From: Cenococcum geophilum
Lineage: Eukaryota
Assembly: GCA_050273025.1 (NCBI GenBank)
Contig: CP158636.1
Span: 2,666,001 to 2,730,000 of the forward strand
DNA: 64,000 nt
Direction of reading: 5' to 3'
Position 1 is the first letter of the stretch. Each line of letters opens with the position of its first letter. Both the position numbers and the translations under genes were made by a program. Positions 12,936 through 25,379 of this stretch are shown here, one piece after another. The notes below the pieces were generated by a model that had not been told where the DNA came from, searched no databases, and worked only from the letters and a program-made list of their open reading frames with translations.

Positions 12936-15900
12936 TGTTCGTACTAACTTAATAGCACGAGTGAGTCGTATCCACGGGCACGAAATACATGTAGTATCGT
13001 ATGCTTGTTTGGATGGTAACTGTCGATTATATGAAGTAGACTACGTAGTCTATATACTGATGCGCCTTCCCCCCTAATTAGTCAGTGCTTCAGAAGTGCA
13101 CTAGACGCGTAAGCGGGTGGTTGGTGTACTAAACGCGTAAACGCGTACTCGGCGTACCGAACGCGTAAGCACGCGGTTGGTACGACAGGTGCTGTAATTA
13201 TACACTAGCGGTACTTGGAAAATGAAACCACTTATATATAGCCTCCGTAATTGTCTTAATAGAACTATAAAACACATAAGAAAATACATAGGAAATCCCT
13301 CCTGAGGTGCCTTCTGGGTTGCCTTCTAAATGGTGCTCTAAGCTGGCCGTAAGTCCTGCTTACGGTCCGTAAAATGAACTATATGGCCTTTTAACGGGCC
13401 GTGAATGCACCGTACGGCCTTCTAACGGGCCGTAGCTGAACCGTAAATGCTCCGTTAGTCTCGCTCTACCCATTCTATAACCTTTAGGTTAAGCTTATTC
13501 GTATTAATTAGGGTTTTAAGAGCTTAATACGGCTTTGCCTTAGTCATGGCGTCTACTAGGTTGTCTTTGCTGCTGATCCATTTGACCTCTGTAATCTCAC
13601 GTCATTTATAGGCCTGACGTAAGCACATTAGGTCGACTATGAGCCTCTTCTCTTATGTTGTACCTAGTTTAACTAGGCAGTCGTAAAGGGACTTTAAATC
13701 GGTGTATAAAACTAGGGGTAACTGCTCTAGTTATAGAATCTTCTAGACCGTTAATTTAATTGCGGCTGCTATATTAAATCTATAAGCTAGTATATATAGT
13801 TTAGAAGCTAGTACACTACGGGTTACTTATTTGCACTTAATTAAAGACTAATACAGTATATTTGCGTCCTAATTATAGTCCGTAAGTACAATTATAAAGC
13901 CGATTTGTAATAATAGGTCTTTATTATTAGTAAAAGATACATCTGTAAATACTAGTAGGCTAAGGGAATTTAGGTCTAGTGGTATAAAAGTAAGTCCCCT
14001 TACTGCATTATTGATTTGCTACTAGATGCGCTTATTAAGCTACTTGACATTTTCTTCTTATAGGTCTACTACCTGGGCCGCAAAGAACAGATTATAGGCA
14101 GATTTAGGTTAATAGACTATGGCAATATAGGCGCCTCTTATACGCTATGCAGCGTATTAGTCCTTTATATTTACGGTCTTATGGGTCTCTCCGCGGGAAC
14201 TGGTGAGGTCCGTAGGCTTTGCTATAATAAGCTTTAGGTTTTAAGCTTGGCGTTTCTAGGTCAGCTAGATTAAGTTGCCCTTTTATATAATTAAGCCTCC
14301 GTTAAACTTAATTGGAGTCTACTTAGTTAACTACTCTCGCGGCTTTACTAGGAACTTAGCTTCTTATAGTTTAGTCTCTTTAGCGTCCGCAAATATCCGG
14401 TCTACTAAGAAGAGGGTATTATCTATTTGGAGTCCAACAATACTAAGGCCGTTTAATGGGCTATATAGGAGGCAGGGGTCGTAGGTCGACTGCTCCATTT
14501 TAAGTTTATTAATATAGTGCTGGTAGTATATCTTAAACTAATAGTTTCCGGCTTCTAGTACTCCGTAAAGAGGTTTTATAACCTATAAAATTGTTCCTAG
14601 TTATAGGTTAAGCTCATAGGGTAGTCGTATAAAGATATCCCTACTTAGGTAGGTATTAGACTACACGTAGGCTTATGAGATGTCCCGTAAATAAAGGGCT
14701 ACAGATTTGGTTTGCTATAGTCTAGGCATAAGTGCGAGTATAATCCGTTAACTAACCCGTTAAATTGTAGGTAATTGCGTAAGGACTAGGTCCTTTCCCT
14801 AGTCATTATAAGCTTATATAACGAGCCTTAATTTCTTAAAGGCTTTATTAATACTAGGGTGCTTAATCTTGTTAATAAAGCGTAAGTTAAATATACGGAC
14901 GCCTTGCGGAACGTCTCTCTCTATTATAATTATAAAGACACCCTTTTTAAGTAGTCCGTTAATCTCTTTACGCCATAAGTCCGTAAAAGGGGTTTCCTAT
15001 ACTAGAACTAATATATTTATAGGTGGAGATTGCTTTGCGGATATGCCTATAGAGGTTAGGTAGTTCTCTATTACGGGATTCTTATAGGGGCGTCCTCGGC
15101 TACGCTTTACAGTAGGTTTAGTAGGTTTAGTAGGTTTCTAGGGGACCTCTAGGGTAGGTAAGGGTGCCTCTAGTTTATCTAATTCGGCAGTCGTTTTTAG
15201 TTCGTCTAGTTTGGCGGTTACTTCTAGTTTGTCTGGCTTAACGTCATAGGTGTTTTCGGGCCGAAAGTAGGGTTTTACGGACGTGCTTCTAAAGCTAGTT
15301 GGCCCGCTAGGAAGCTATACGTAGCACGTCTCGTTTTCTATAGCTAGTAGACGGTAAGGTCTATTCTAACTGTCGCTTTTATGCTATATAAGGACTTTAG
15401 AGTTAAGCGGGAGGTTATATACTGAGGTTGTATTAGGTCCGTTGCGGTAGTGTAGGGCGTTATTAATAGTTTGTTTAGCCTATAATTTAACTATTTCGGC
15501 TATTGCCTTCCGTATTGTAGCTGCTCGTTCTATAATAGACGGGGTAGGGGGGCCTAGGTTGCTTATCCTTAGGTAGGCTCCGTAAACTAAGAGGGTAGGT
15601 ACTAGTCCGTTAGGGCCAGCGGTGTTGTTAACGGCTTTTACGGCCATCTGTAAAGCTAGTTCCTTTTAGATATCCTTACACTTGTCCGTAATAATCTAAT
15701 AAGCTCTCTATAGAGCTAGGTAAGCTCGCTTAATAAGCCCGACAGACTAATACGCCTTAACTAGAATAGCTTTTGTTAATATAGCCATGGCCGTAGTATA
15801 CTGCTAGAATTCCTTACTAATGAAGTTCCTACCGGCGTTGTAGGTGATATACTTAGGAGGTCCAACGTATATATTAATTTAGCAAGTCTATAAAATATCC

Positions 15901-18900
15901 TAAGTGTACTTTGCGGATATATTTTACAACTAACGGGCGGCTTAGTAGTGGGTTGCCTTATTAATTATATGTAATACTAGGCTGCCGTTAATATACATAA
16001 TGTCTATATATACTAAGTGGTTGAAGTCAAGGTTCTTATAAAGGGTGAACTTAAATCGGCCTGGGGAACGTCCGTATTTCTGGCAAAAGGAGCAGTATTT
16101 AGTTAGGTAATTAACTGCCTTCCTGTTAACGTCGTCGTGTCTAGAGCGTTTAAGGACTCTATATAGCTTTTTGGCTGACGGGTGGCCGAAACGGCGGTGT
16201 AGACGGTAGATCTCTGTACTGGTAAGGTAGCACGGGTTATAGTTAAAAGATTCCTAAATGTAGGTCTGTAAAGTCTCTCCCTATATAAGGAACGGGTGTC
16301 CGAATCGTCGTATAATTGGTAGGGTAACATGCTTGCTTCCTGGGGTAGTTATAGGGCCAATTAGGGTGTCTGTGACGTTATTGTAGTACACCTATAACCT
16401 GTCCATGTCCGCAAGGCAAAGTAGGAAAGGGGTGTCCGCTTTTACTATGTGGAAGTCAACTAGGCTAATTAGAGTCTTAACTATAACTAATCTAATTGAT
16501 GCGGTTGAGCCGATGCCGAATTGGACATTTATAGCCCTATTTTATGTAGTATCAATGTCCGTATTATTATTTACGGTGGTCCTATATATAAGGTATTGTC
16601 CGTAACCTGTAGTAGACTTCTTAGAGGCACCTATATCGATTATAACACCGTAGAATTCTTTGGGGGTATAGCGTTCTATAGTGATATATGCAAATAGGTC
16701 CTACTTATAATCTATAACGTCTATAATAGGGGTGCTTACGGAATGGTTTTTGGGTGTAACTAAGTGTATAAAGGAACAGTCGGCTAATATAGTCGTAATA
16801 TTAAAGGCTTAGCTGTCCGTAAAAGGTCCGAAAGTGGTTAAAAATGTCTCTAAAGTCTCTTATTCCTGAGCGTTTAAGTTAAAGTCAATTATAAGGGCTT
16901 CTATTAACTTATTAGGGGGCTCTTTTACTTCCTCTCCTTCGTATTCCAAAATGAACTGGTTGATACGGCTATTAAGTCTCTTTCTAGACTTGTCACGTTC
17001 TTCCTGGGTATGCCTTATAGACCAATATCCTTCCTTACCGCACACGAAGCACTTCTAGCTGGTTTATCTGCGGGGGTATATTTTTGTACAGGGGTTGCTA
17101 TAGGGGTTACGGGTAGGACTTAGTCGGTACGGGTGCTGCTAGCAGTAGCGGCGGTCCGTAAAGTAGACGTCTAAGTCTATTTACGGATATTAAATATCTA
17201 TAATAAAGGCTTAAGTGCTATCTAGTGGGTTTAAGACTTCGTACGTTGCAATAGAGGAGCGTAGATTATTAATAAGGCCAGCTAAGGTATCTGCAGGCTT
17301 ATAGTAGGCGTACTTGCAGGGCTCTACTTCCTAGTAGGCCGTAATAAGTTTATTGTATAGGAAGTCGTCCGTTTGAAGCTTAATATCAAGACCGTGCTAT
17401 AAGTGGCGGAGGTCTTTAATAAGGATTTACAGGCACTCTATAGTCGATTTTTTAGTGTTCTTATCTATTACGGTCCATAGCTTAGTCGTATTCCATTGGG
17501 TAAGGATATTACGCTTATATTCTAGTCCTTTAAAGTAGTTATATGTAGCTTCGCATAGCTTATCAAAAGGAACACCAAGGGGGTTACTTTTGAGGTTGGT
17601 GTAGTAGTGGTTGAGTGCTAGGCCGCGCAGCATGGTAGAGTAGGCTTGGCTAAACTCTTGTTTAGGAATATCAGCCTTTTGGTAGAGGTCTATAAAGATG
17701 GTTAGTTTAAAGTTAAAGTTATTATTTTCGCCGCTGTACTTAGATTCGTCGGTATAGAGCTTAGCTAGGTTAGCTAGCTCCTTACCGTAGGTCTTTAGTT
17801 AGGTGGGTTGCGGATCTATAACTTAGACAACGGCGGAAAGGTTTTGGTCCGTATTTTAGTTTATAGGGGTATTGCGGTCCGTAGTTTGGTTTATGGGGGT
17901 ATTACGGTCCGTAACTTAAGTACTGGGTGTACTTTAGCCCGTAAGATTAATTCTAAAATCACTTAGGTTTATAAGACGAGTTTAGTTAAATAGGTTAGGT
18001 ATAAGGTTAGCGATTCTATTAAGTTTAGAAGAAGTAAGGAGTTTATTTTTGGCTTTAACCTAGTCTAGAATTTCCTCTTTAGTCCATTCCGTTTGGTCCT
18101 CCTTATGTATTATATTATATAAAGACTATACAATAGTAACTTGTTTGTCCCTTTTAACCCATACGCCTTAGTGGCGTAAGAGGGCTCGTAGGTTATAGAT
18201 GGTAGTAGGGTTACAGGCCTTAAAAATAGCTTCCGTAAAGTCCGCAAAGTCTTCCTAGTATTACTCCTATAGATCGTTATCTATAAGCTTAAAATATTGG
18301 TATTTAAGAACTTTAAATTTGATATAGTCGTTAATGTTATTTATAGACGTAAGGTCAACTCCTTACCTCTACTTTTCTTGCCCTTTATTAACTTGCTTTC
18401 TTAGGTCTACTATACTATATAGTATATTATAGTGCGTAGCGGGTAGTAGAGGTCCTGTAGTGTTCCGTAAAGGTAGTTAATATCCATAACGGTTCGCAGA
18501 AGGGTAAGGGGGTCTCCGTAAGGGGTCTAAAAAGAGGTTAGAGGGTATAGTAGGAATAGGGGTTCAAGGTTTAGAGGTAGAGGGGTTCCGTAAAGGTCTA
18601 TATTCACGTCTATAAACTTCCGGTAAACCATACTAAGACTTAAATAAGTATATAGAGTTGGTGATAAGTCCGTAATCCCCAACTTCCAACCTTCCAGCAG
18701 GTCGTACTAGGAGTCTAAACAGGTGGTCACTGTCGTGTGTATCGCTCGGGGGAGGTATTAAGTAATTGCTGATCTATACGCGCTCACTAATCAGTATTTA
18801 TACTAACTTAATAGCATAAGTGAGTCGTATCCACGGGCACGAAATACATATAGTATTGTATACTTGTTTAGATGGTGACTGTCGATTGTATGAAGCAGAC

Positions 18901-19063
18901 TACGTAGTCTATATACTGATGCGCCTTCCCCCCTAATTAGTTAGTGCTTCAGAAGTGCACCAGACGCGTAAGCGGGTGGTTGGTGCACCAAACGCGTAAA
19001 CGCGTACTCGGCGTACCGAACGCGTAAGCACGCGGTTAGTACGACAGGTGCTGTAATTATACA
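12936..19063 (-). mobile_element. Ty1/Copia C (GalEa-like), full length, RIP-inactivated
   Basis: 269-bp LTRs 12936-13204 and 18795-19063; perfect TSD ATATC (12931-35 / 19064-68). Gag knuckle CFVCGKEGYWSIRH (~17010-17055), PGRFKFTL (~16040-16065), IN before RT. CTGATTAGT follows the 5' LTR instead of a tRNA PBS. Confidence 0.93.
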
Positions 19064-21773
19064 ATATCGTCTCTAGGTTGAATTTTATAGTGATCGCTAT
19101 AAGGGTTTAGAAGGTCGTACTAGCTAATATAGTAGCTCTCGTAGGTAGGTCTCCTAGGGCCTATTAATTTCCGTAGACTACTAAGCGTGCCTTATATTTC
19201 TAGAGAAATCTATACTTATCTATTTTGTAGACAAATACCTATATTAAGCTAAGGATCTACTGTCCCTTTACATACTTCTTATCTATTTCTTAAAACGACC
19301 TTATTTAATAATAAGATTGGAGATGGACTCGTTAAGCCTCTTAGAACTAATCTTAAAGAGGATACGTATTAAGGTCCTAAATTAACTAGGGTGGCGGAGG
19401 TAGGTTCTTCCTATATAATCTGATATCGCGTATTCTGCCTAATTTTAGCTTACTATTATTAAGTCGACTATTAAGGTTAAACTTCCTTCCTATTAAGAAG
19501 GCGCCATAATAGGCTAACGTGATCCTTTTAGTAATAAAATCTTTAAACCTATTATCGCTGGCTTCCTTAAATGAGTCTTTAACTAAGTTATTAGACACCC
19601 CCTAAGTGTTAAACGCATCTCCTACTTAATAAGCGACGTCTTAATTAGTACCTTATATATCTAACTTTATAGGATACTTAACGTAAAAGGCATATAGAGA
19701 TTCTTCGTCTTCTTCTATTAGAGGTGGTGTATAGTATATATCTTTAAGAGCTCTTATAAGCTCAAGATCTGCTAACTTATTAAAGGCTTAAACTGGCTTA
19801 TTAACGTCGTCGTCTTCCTCTTAAATTAATGGTTTAAATACTTCTTTATCGTCTTTTAGAAGGACCTTATTCTTAGTCTAGGTATTAAGTAGTTAAATCT
19901 TCTTAATTAGTATATCTAATTTAGCGTGTAGGTCCTCTAAGATATCCATTTACTTACCGTTAAAGAACATCTTTTTATTAAAGATAATATCCCTTATAGA
20001 GATAATAATACCCTTATATAGGATCTAGATCCTATAGATATTAATAAAGTTATAGCCGATAAGATAGCCGATATAGGCTTACGGATCTAGCTTACTTAGC
20101 CTTTTCTTCCTTAGCTAGGCGTCTAACGTTATCGCGTACGCCCTACAGCCGTAGGCTTTTAGGTACGCTAGTTACGGCTTTCTTAATCTCCTATTAGCTA
20201 GGAAGGTATAAAACCTCTTATATAGTAATTTCCATCTATTGCTTTCTTATAGCGTTTAATCTTAAAGATAGACTATATAGTTAATAATCTCGTTCTATAA
20301 GTTATATGGTAGATTAGCAGTAATTCTTATTACCTATGCTCTTTTAATAATTATACCCCTTAAGCGTTTGGCGGTACTGTTTTAAGCTTAGGTATATAGC
20401 GCTAAAGGCTTAAATATAATCCCTTAGGACCGTAGCTATTTAAGGGTTCTCCTTTTCCCTAGCTCATTGTCTAATCTAATAGTATTAACTTTAAGGTTAT
20501 ACCTTAGACGAATCCACTAGATAAAATCTTTAAGCACTTATAGTGTCTCCTTCTTCTTACTGTGCATTGTTATAAAGTACGGAAAGGATCTTCCTAAGTA
20601 GGTGTTATAGATAAGTATAACTTGTATAAATCCAGTATACGCTTCCTTAAGGTTAGTCTAGTTAATATAGAGGTTAAAATAGGGTTTATTAATCTTTTAT
20701 TTTAAGAACCTTCTTAAAACCTAACGCTTAATTTTAGCGAGACTATAATGTTAACATTCCGTTGTCTTTAGGCCTTAAAGCTTAACTTTTAAGGCGTTAA
20801 GACCTAAATAATAAAGGCTTATAGGTCCTGGATAACCTAGACGCAGATACTATAGATATATATCTCCTTTTAAATCTAGACGATCGTCTCTTAATAATAC
20901 TCTACGCTTTCTTTAGCGTAATAGTCGGCTTATATTAAACGCTAATAGACTTCCTAGTCGGACGTATTTAATAGTCTGTTATCTATAACGTTCTTCCATT
21001 TAATATAGGACTAAGTTATCCTTTTAAACTAGAAGATTATTCTCTTCTTTATTATCTTAGTAGTACTTTTATTTTTAAAGTAAACGGAACGACACTAGAT
21101 TTATATTAAAGTCTATATAAAAGGTAACGTCCTTAAGATATAGGATTCCCTTACTTTTATCTAGTTTTGTAACTTAGATGGTAATATTGCTATAGCCTAG
21201 TATAGGCACTTCTAAGCTGCCGGCAATGACGTATTTAAGTCTTAAAGCTTTCCTAAAGTTGTAAAAATAAAAGAGGTTATTAAAGATATAGAGAGTGGTT
21301 CCTAAGTTAAGAATAGTTAATAGCTTTAGTGGATGAATTTAACCTATATAGTATAATTCTAGGAATATCGTATTAGCTTCTCCCTTAATCTTAACTTCCT
21401 AACTCTTATCCTACATCAGGATTTTTTTTTTGTGGCAGGTTGTTGCGGTTTGCCGTAAATTGCCGCAAACTGTACGATCGCGGCGGTTGTATATGGTTGT
21501 TAGCGATTTATACAAACCGCGCATTTCGCAATAAGTTTATAGCGTCTACTAGCAAATCGCAGCAAAATGCTTAACTACTAAACCAATGCTAGTATTTTGC
21601 TACCCTATAATTATATAGCGCGCAAACTGTACAAACTGTATAAACTGTACAAATTGTAACTATATAAATTATTATTATATTATATGGTAACTAAATTATT
21701 ATATATTTCCATAGATTGCTATAATATACTTTTAAATATATTTATATTATAACTATATAAAATATAAAGCTAT

Positions 21774-21940
21774 CTACCTGCCTGCCTGCCTGCCTACCTA
21801 CCTACCTACCTGTCTGTCTGTCTATCTGTCTGTCTATACCTACCTATCTGTGCCTACCTGTCTATGCCTACCTGTCTGTGCCTACCTGTCTATGCCTACC
21901 TGTCTGTGCCTACCTACCTGCCTATGCCTACCTGTCTATG
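21774..21940. repeat. Compound microsatellite (CCTG/CCTA/TCTG) grading into a 14-bp TGCCTACCTGTCT(A/G) unit
   Basis: Directly visible tandem units. Confidence 0.9.
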
Positions 21941-22011
21941 TCACCTTAATTCGATCAATCGATCGAATCGTTTATAGTGTTCGCTGGCTGGTCGTTCGAA
22001 CGGTTGTCGTG

Positions 22012-22530
22012 TGGCTCTGGCGACGGTCATCTGGCTCTGGCTCCGGCCGTCTGGCTCTGGCGACGGTCGTCTAGCTCTGGCGACGGTCGTCTGGCTCTGG
22101 CGACGGTCATCTGGCTCTGGCGACGGTCATCTGGCTCTGGCGATGGCCGTCTGGCGATGGCGACGGTCGTCTAGCTCTGGCGACGGTCGTCTGGCGATGA
22201 CGACGGTCGTCTAGCTCTGACCGGTCATCTGGCTCTGGCTCCGGCCGTCTGGCTCTGGCGACGGTCGTCTGGCGACGACGACGGTCGTCTAGCTCTGACG
22301 ACGGTCATCTGGCTCTGGCGACGGTCGTCTAGCTCTGACGACGGTCGTCTGGCTCTGACGACGGTCGTCTAGCTCTGGAGACGGTCATCTGGCTCTGACG
22401 ACGGTCGTCTAGCTCTGGAGACGGTCATCTGGCTCTGGCTCCGGCTGTCTGGCTCTGGCGACGGTCGTCTGGCTCTGGCGACGGTCGTCTGGCTCTGGCG
22501 ACGGTCGTCTGGCTCTGGCGACGGTCGTCC
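22012..22530. repeat. 20-bp GC-rich minisatellite CTGGCTCTGGCGACGGTCGT, about 26 copies
   Basis: Directly visible head-to-tail units with variants; no unique spacers. Confidence 0.95.
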
Positions 22531-22702
22531 GCCGGCCGTCGTTCCGGTGTCTCCTTAGGTAGGGAGGATGTAAGGAAGGAAGGGCAAAAAATGAGGTGGC
22601 TACCTAGGTGGATATAGGGGGTATACTTGGCAGAGGCACGTGTAGAGGCTATCGGGAATATAGCGGGGACCCGATAGTAATGTGTCGCACGCACACATAA
22701 AG

Positions 22703-23775
22703 GCTTTGTGTACAGCTTCGTGTAGAGCCTCCGTACGTAGAGCTTCGCGCAGAGCCTCGTGCAGAGCCTCGTGCAGAGCCTCTATATGTAGAGCTTCGTG
22801 TAGAGCTTCGTAGAGCTTTGTGCAGAGCTTTGTGTAGAGCTTCGTGCAGAGCCTCGTACAGAGCCTCTATATGCAGAGCTTTGTATAGAGCCTCGTGTAG
22901 AGCCTCGTGCAAAGCTTCGTGTAGAGCTTTGTGTAGAGCTTCGTGCAGAGCTTCGTGTAGAGCTTCGTGCAGAGCTTCATGTAGAGCTTCGTGCAGAGCT
23001 TCGTGCAGAGCTTCGTACAGAGCTTCGTGCAGAGCTTCGTGTAGAGTCTTGTGCAGAGCCTCTGTACGCAGAGCTTTATATAGAGCCTTGTGTAGAGCCT
23101 CGTGCAAAGCTTCGTGCAGAGCTTCGTGCAGAGTTTTATGTAGAGCTTCGTGCAGAGCTTCGTACAGAGCTTCGTGTAGAGCCTCGTGCAGAGCCTCTGT
23201 ACGCAGAGCCTCGTGCAGAGCCTCTGTACGCAGAGCTTTATGTAGAGCCTTGTGTAGAGCCTCGTGCAAAGCTTCGTGTAAAGCTTCGCGCAGAGCTTCG
23301 TGTAGAGCTTCGTGTAGAGCTTCGTGCAGAGCTTCGCGTAGAGCCTCGTGCAGAGCCTCTGTACGCAGAGCTTCGTGTAGAGCCTTGTGTAGAGCCTCGT
23401 GCAAAGCTTCGTGTAGAGCTTTGTGTAGAGCTTCGTGTAGAGCTTTGTGCAGAGCTTCGTGTAGAGCTTTGTGCAGGGCTTCGTGTAGAGCCTCGTGCAG
23501 AGCCTCTGTACGCAGAGCTTTGTGTAGAGCCTTATGTAGAGCCTCGTGCAAAGCTTCGTGTAGAGCTTCGTGTAGAGCTTCGTGTAGAGCTTCGTGTAGA
23601 GCTTCATGTAGAGCTTCGTGTAGAGCTTCGTGTAGAGCTTCGTGTAGAGCTTTGTGTAGAGCTTTGTGTAGAGCTTTGTGTAGAGCTTCGTGCAGACCTT
23701 TGTGTAGAGCCTCGTGCAGAGCCTTTGTACGCAGAGCTTCGTGTAGAGCCCCGTGCAGAGCTTCGTGCAGAGCTT
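22703..23775. repeat. 12-bp minisatellite TG(C/T)AGAGC(T/C)TCG, about 85-90 units, with 15-bp variants and higher-order blocks
   Basis: Directly visible; it generates the (HEAL)n, (CRAS)n and (TKLY)n ORFs in the track. Confidence 0.95.
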
Positions 23776-25368
23776 TTGTGGTATTTTTGTTGCAGCTGAA
23801 AATTAGGGTTTAGCAATTTGCGGCAATTTGCACGAGTAGCCTGTGTGTTTATAGTAAATCGCTGCAAATCGCCGTAAATTGCCAAAATTGCGACTTACGC
23901 AGGTTTTGCAGACCCCGATTTTCGCTTGCGACAACGTGCCCAAAAAAAAAAATCCTAACGTATTATTATTAAGCCTCGTCTTCTTATTCTTTAAGTCTAA
24001 TCTTTATAACTTAGTCAGCGAGATCCTTATTCTTTTCTACCTTTTTTAGCACCCTTTTAATATGAGTATCTCTAATTATAACTCCTTTAGGTCTCTTGTC
24101 TTTAAATAAATACTAATAGTCCTATAGGGAATGTCCTTATTTCTTACACGCTAAGCATATAGGTAGTAGCTTCTTATGGAATGTCTTCTCGTCTACTAGT
24201 AACCTAGCTCTCTTTAAGCGTCTAGTATATGCTAAGGTTCCTTTTTCTGGACCTTTAGTAGTATTAAAGTGATCTATTATAGCTTGCTCTGCGAAGTCTA
24301 CATTAAAGGTACTCCCTCTTATAGTAGTATTGGCTTTCTTTAAGGGTATTCTAAGTCCTTCTTGTAGCTCCTTTGCTACTCTATAGTATTCGGAAGATCT
24401 TAACTTCTAAGGGTTATTTAACTTAGTAGTATACTTTATATAATAGGCGTCGCTAAAAGGTTAAATAACTTCTGCTAATTCTTAAAGCCAGATTCTATTG
24501 GATATTTAAGGGATCTTATACTTCTCTCCTAGTACTATTATATATTCCTATTAATCTAATTACTAATTTAATTTTAATAAGTGTTTAAACCCCTTAAGGG
24601 CTTCTATATACTAGTGTTGTACCTTCTTTCTAATAAATAATAAGGTAGGTTCTATATTCTCCTTTAGTTAAGATAGCCATTCTTTAACTGTTAAGGAAGG
24701 GTTAAGCAGTAGCTTCTTTTAATACTGTAGACGTGATTTAGGTGCAAATCTTTTAAAGGTGCTCTTCTTTTTTTAGGAAATACTTTATATCCTAGTTATA
24801 GTATCGTCTACTATTCTTATACGCCCTCTGTTGATTCGTCGAGAGCTATACATATAAGGTTGCATTCTTATTAAAATCTATAACTTCTAGATAGGGTGGT
24901 TCTTATAGTAGACCTCGTTGAGGTGCTATATTATCTAGGTCAACGTAGGCCCAAATTTGTTTATCCGCGAGGGCTTATAGTTGCTAGATCTATTGCTCCC
25001 AGTCTTCTAGCTTATTGAGGATGATTATAGTAGACGAACTCGAAGTTGGTGGAGTCATTTGACTAATAGGTAAAGGAGGAATTAAGATGGTATTTTACTG
25101 TTAGGATTGTCCTTATCATTAGGATCGTCCTTGTCATCAGGATCGTCCTTGTTGTCAGGATCGTCCTTATCATCAGGATCGTCCTTTGACGATTGAGGTG
25201 GAGTCTCGTGGAATCTCGTGGAATCTCGTGGAATCTCGTCCTGTGACAATTGAGGTAGGATTTCGATTAGGGTCGTCTTGAGACGATGAGGTGTCAGAGT
25301 CTGACGATGAGGTAGAATTTCTTCAAATGATTGAGTAATAGCTGAATAGCTTCTTGTGTCGGCGGACC

Positions 25369-25379
25369 GGGCTCATAAC
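25369..25379 (-). promoter_or_regulatory. Primer-binding site GTTATGAGCCC of Copia B (internal tRNA-iMet type)
   Basis: Abuts the 5' LTR on the minus strand; matches the GGTTATG(A/G)GCCC PBS known for Ty5 and Drosophila copia. Confidence 0.8.

Larger units (their letters stand above)
21414..23960. mobile_element. Non-autonomous TIR DNA element (TA TSD, Tc1/mariner-pogo-like ends) carrying tandem-repeat arrays
   Basis: Left end CATCAGGA(T)11GTGGCAGGTTGTTGC; right end reverse complement CGTTAGGA(T)11GGGCACGTTGTCGC. TA on both sides. The empty site with a single TA is present in the other Copia B copy (~9797-9820). No transposase seen. Confidence 0.88.

Noticed and set aside
4248..19598. Short ORFs in the track (4248, 7780, 13101, 14275, 14869, 16103, 16405, 16860, 17427, 19386)
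   Set aside because: They are stop-free fragments or antisense shadows of RIPed gag/pol or LTR sequence, not independent genes. The same applies to the ORFs at 31390 and 53663.
22012..22530. CRISPR-like array
   Set aside because: Units are contiguous with no unique spacers, there are no cas genes, and the context is eukaryotic.
23800..23815. TTAGGG telomere-like motif
   Set aside because: Single copy; no tandem telomeric tract anywhere in the window.
21850..23885. Track ORFs (MPTCLCL, ALATVV, CRAS, TKLY, RSST repeats) as genes
   Set aside because: They are overlapping ORFs on both strands generated by tandem repeats, with no non-repetitive domain. Kept only as a low-probability hypothesis.
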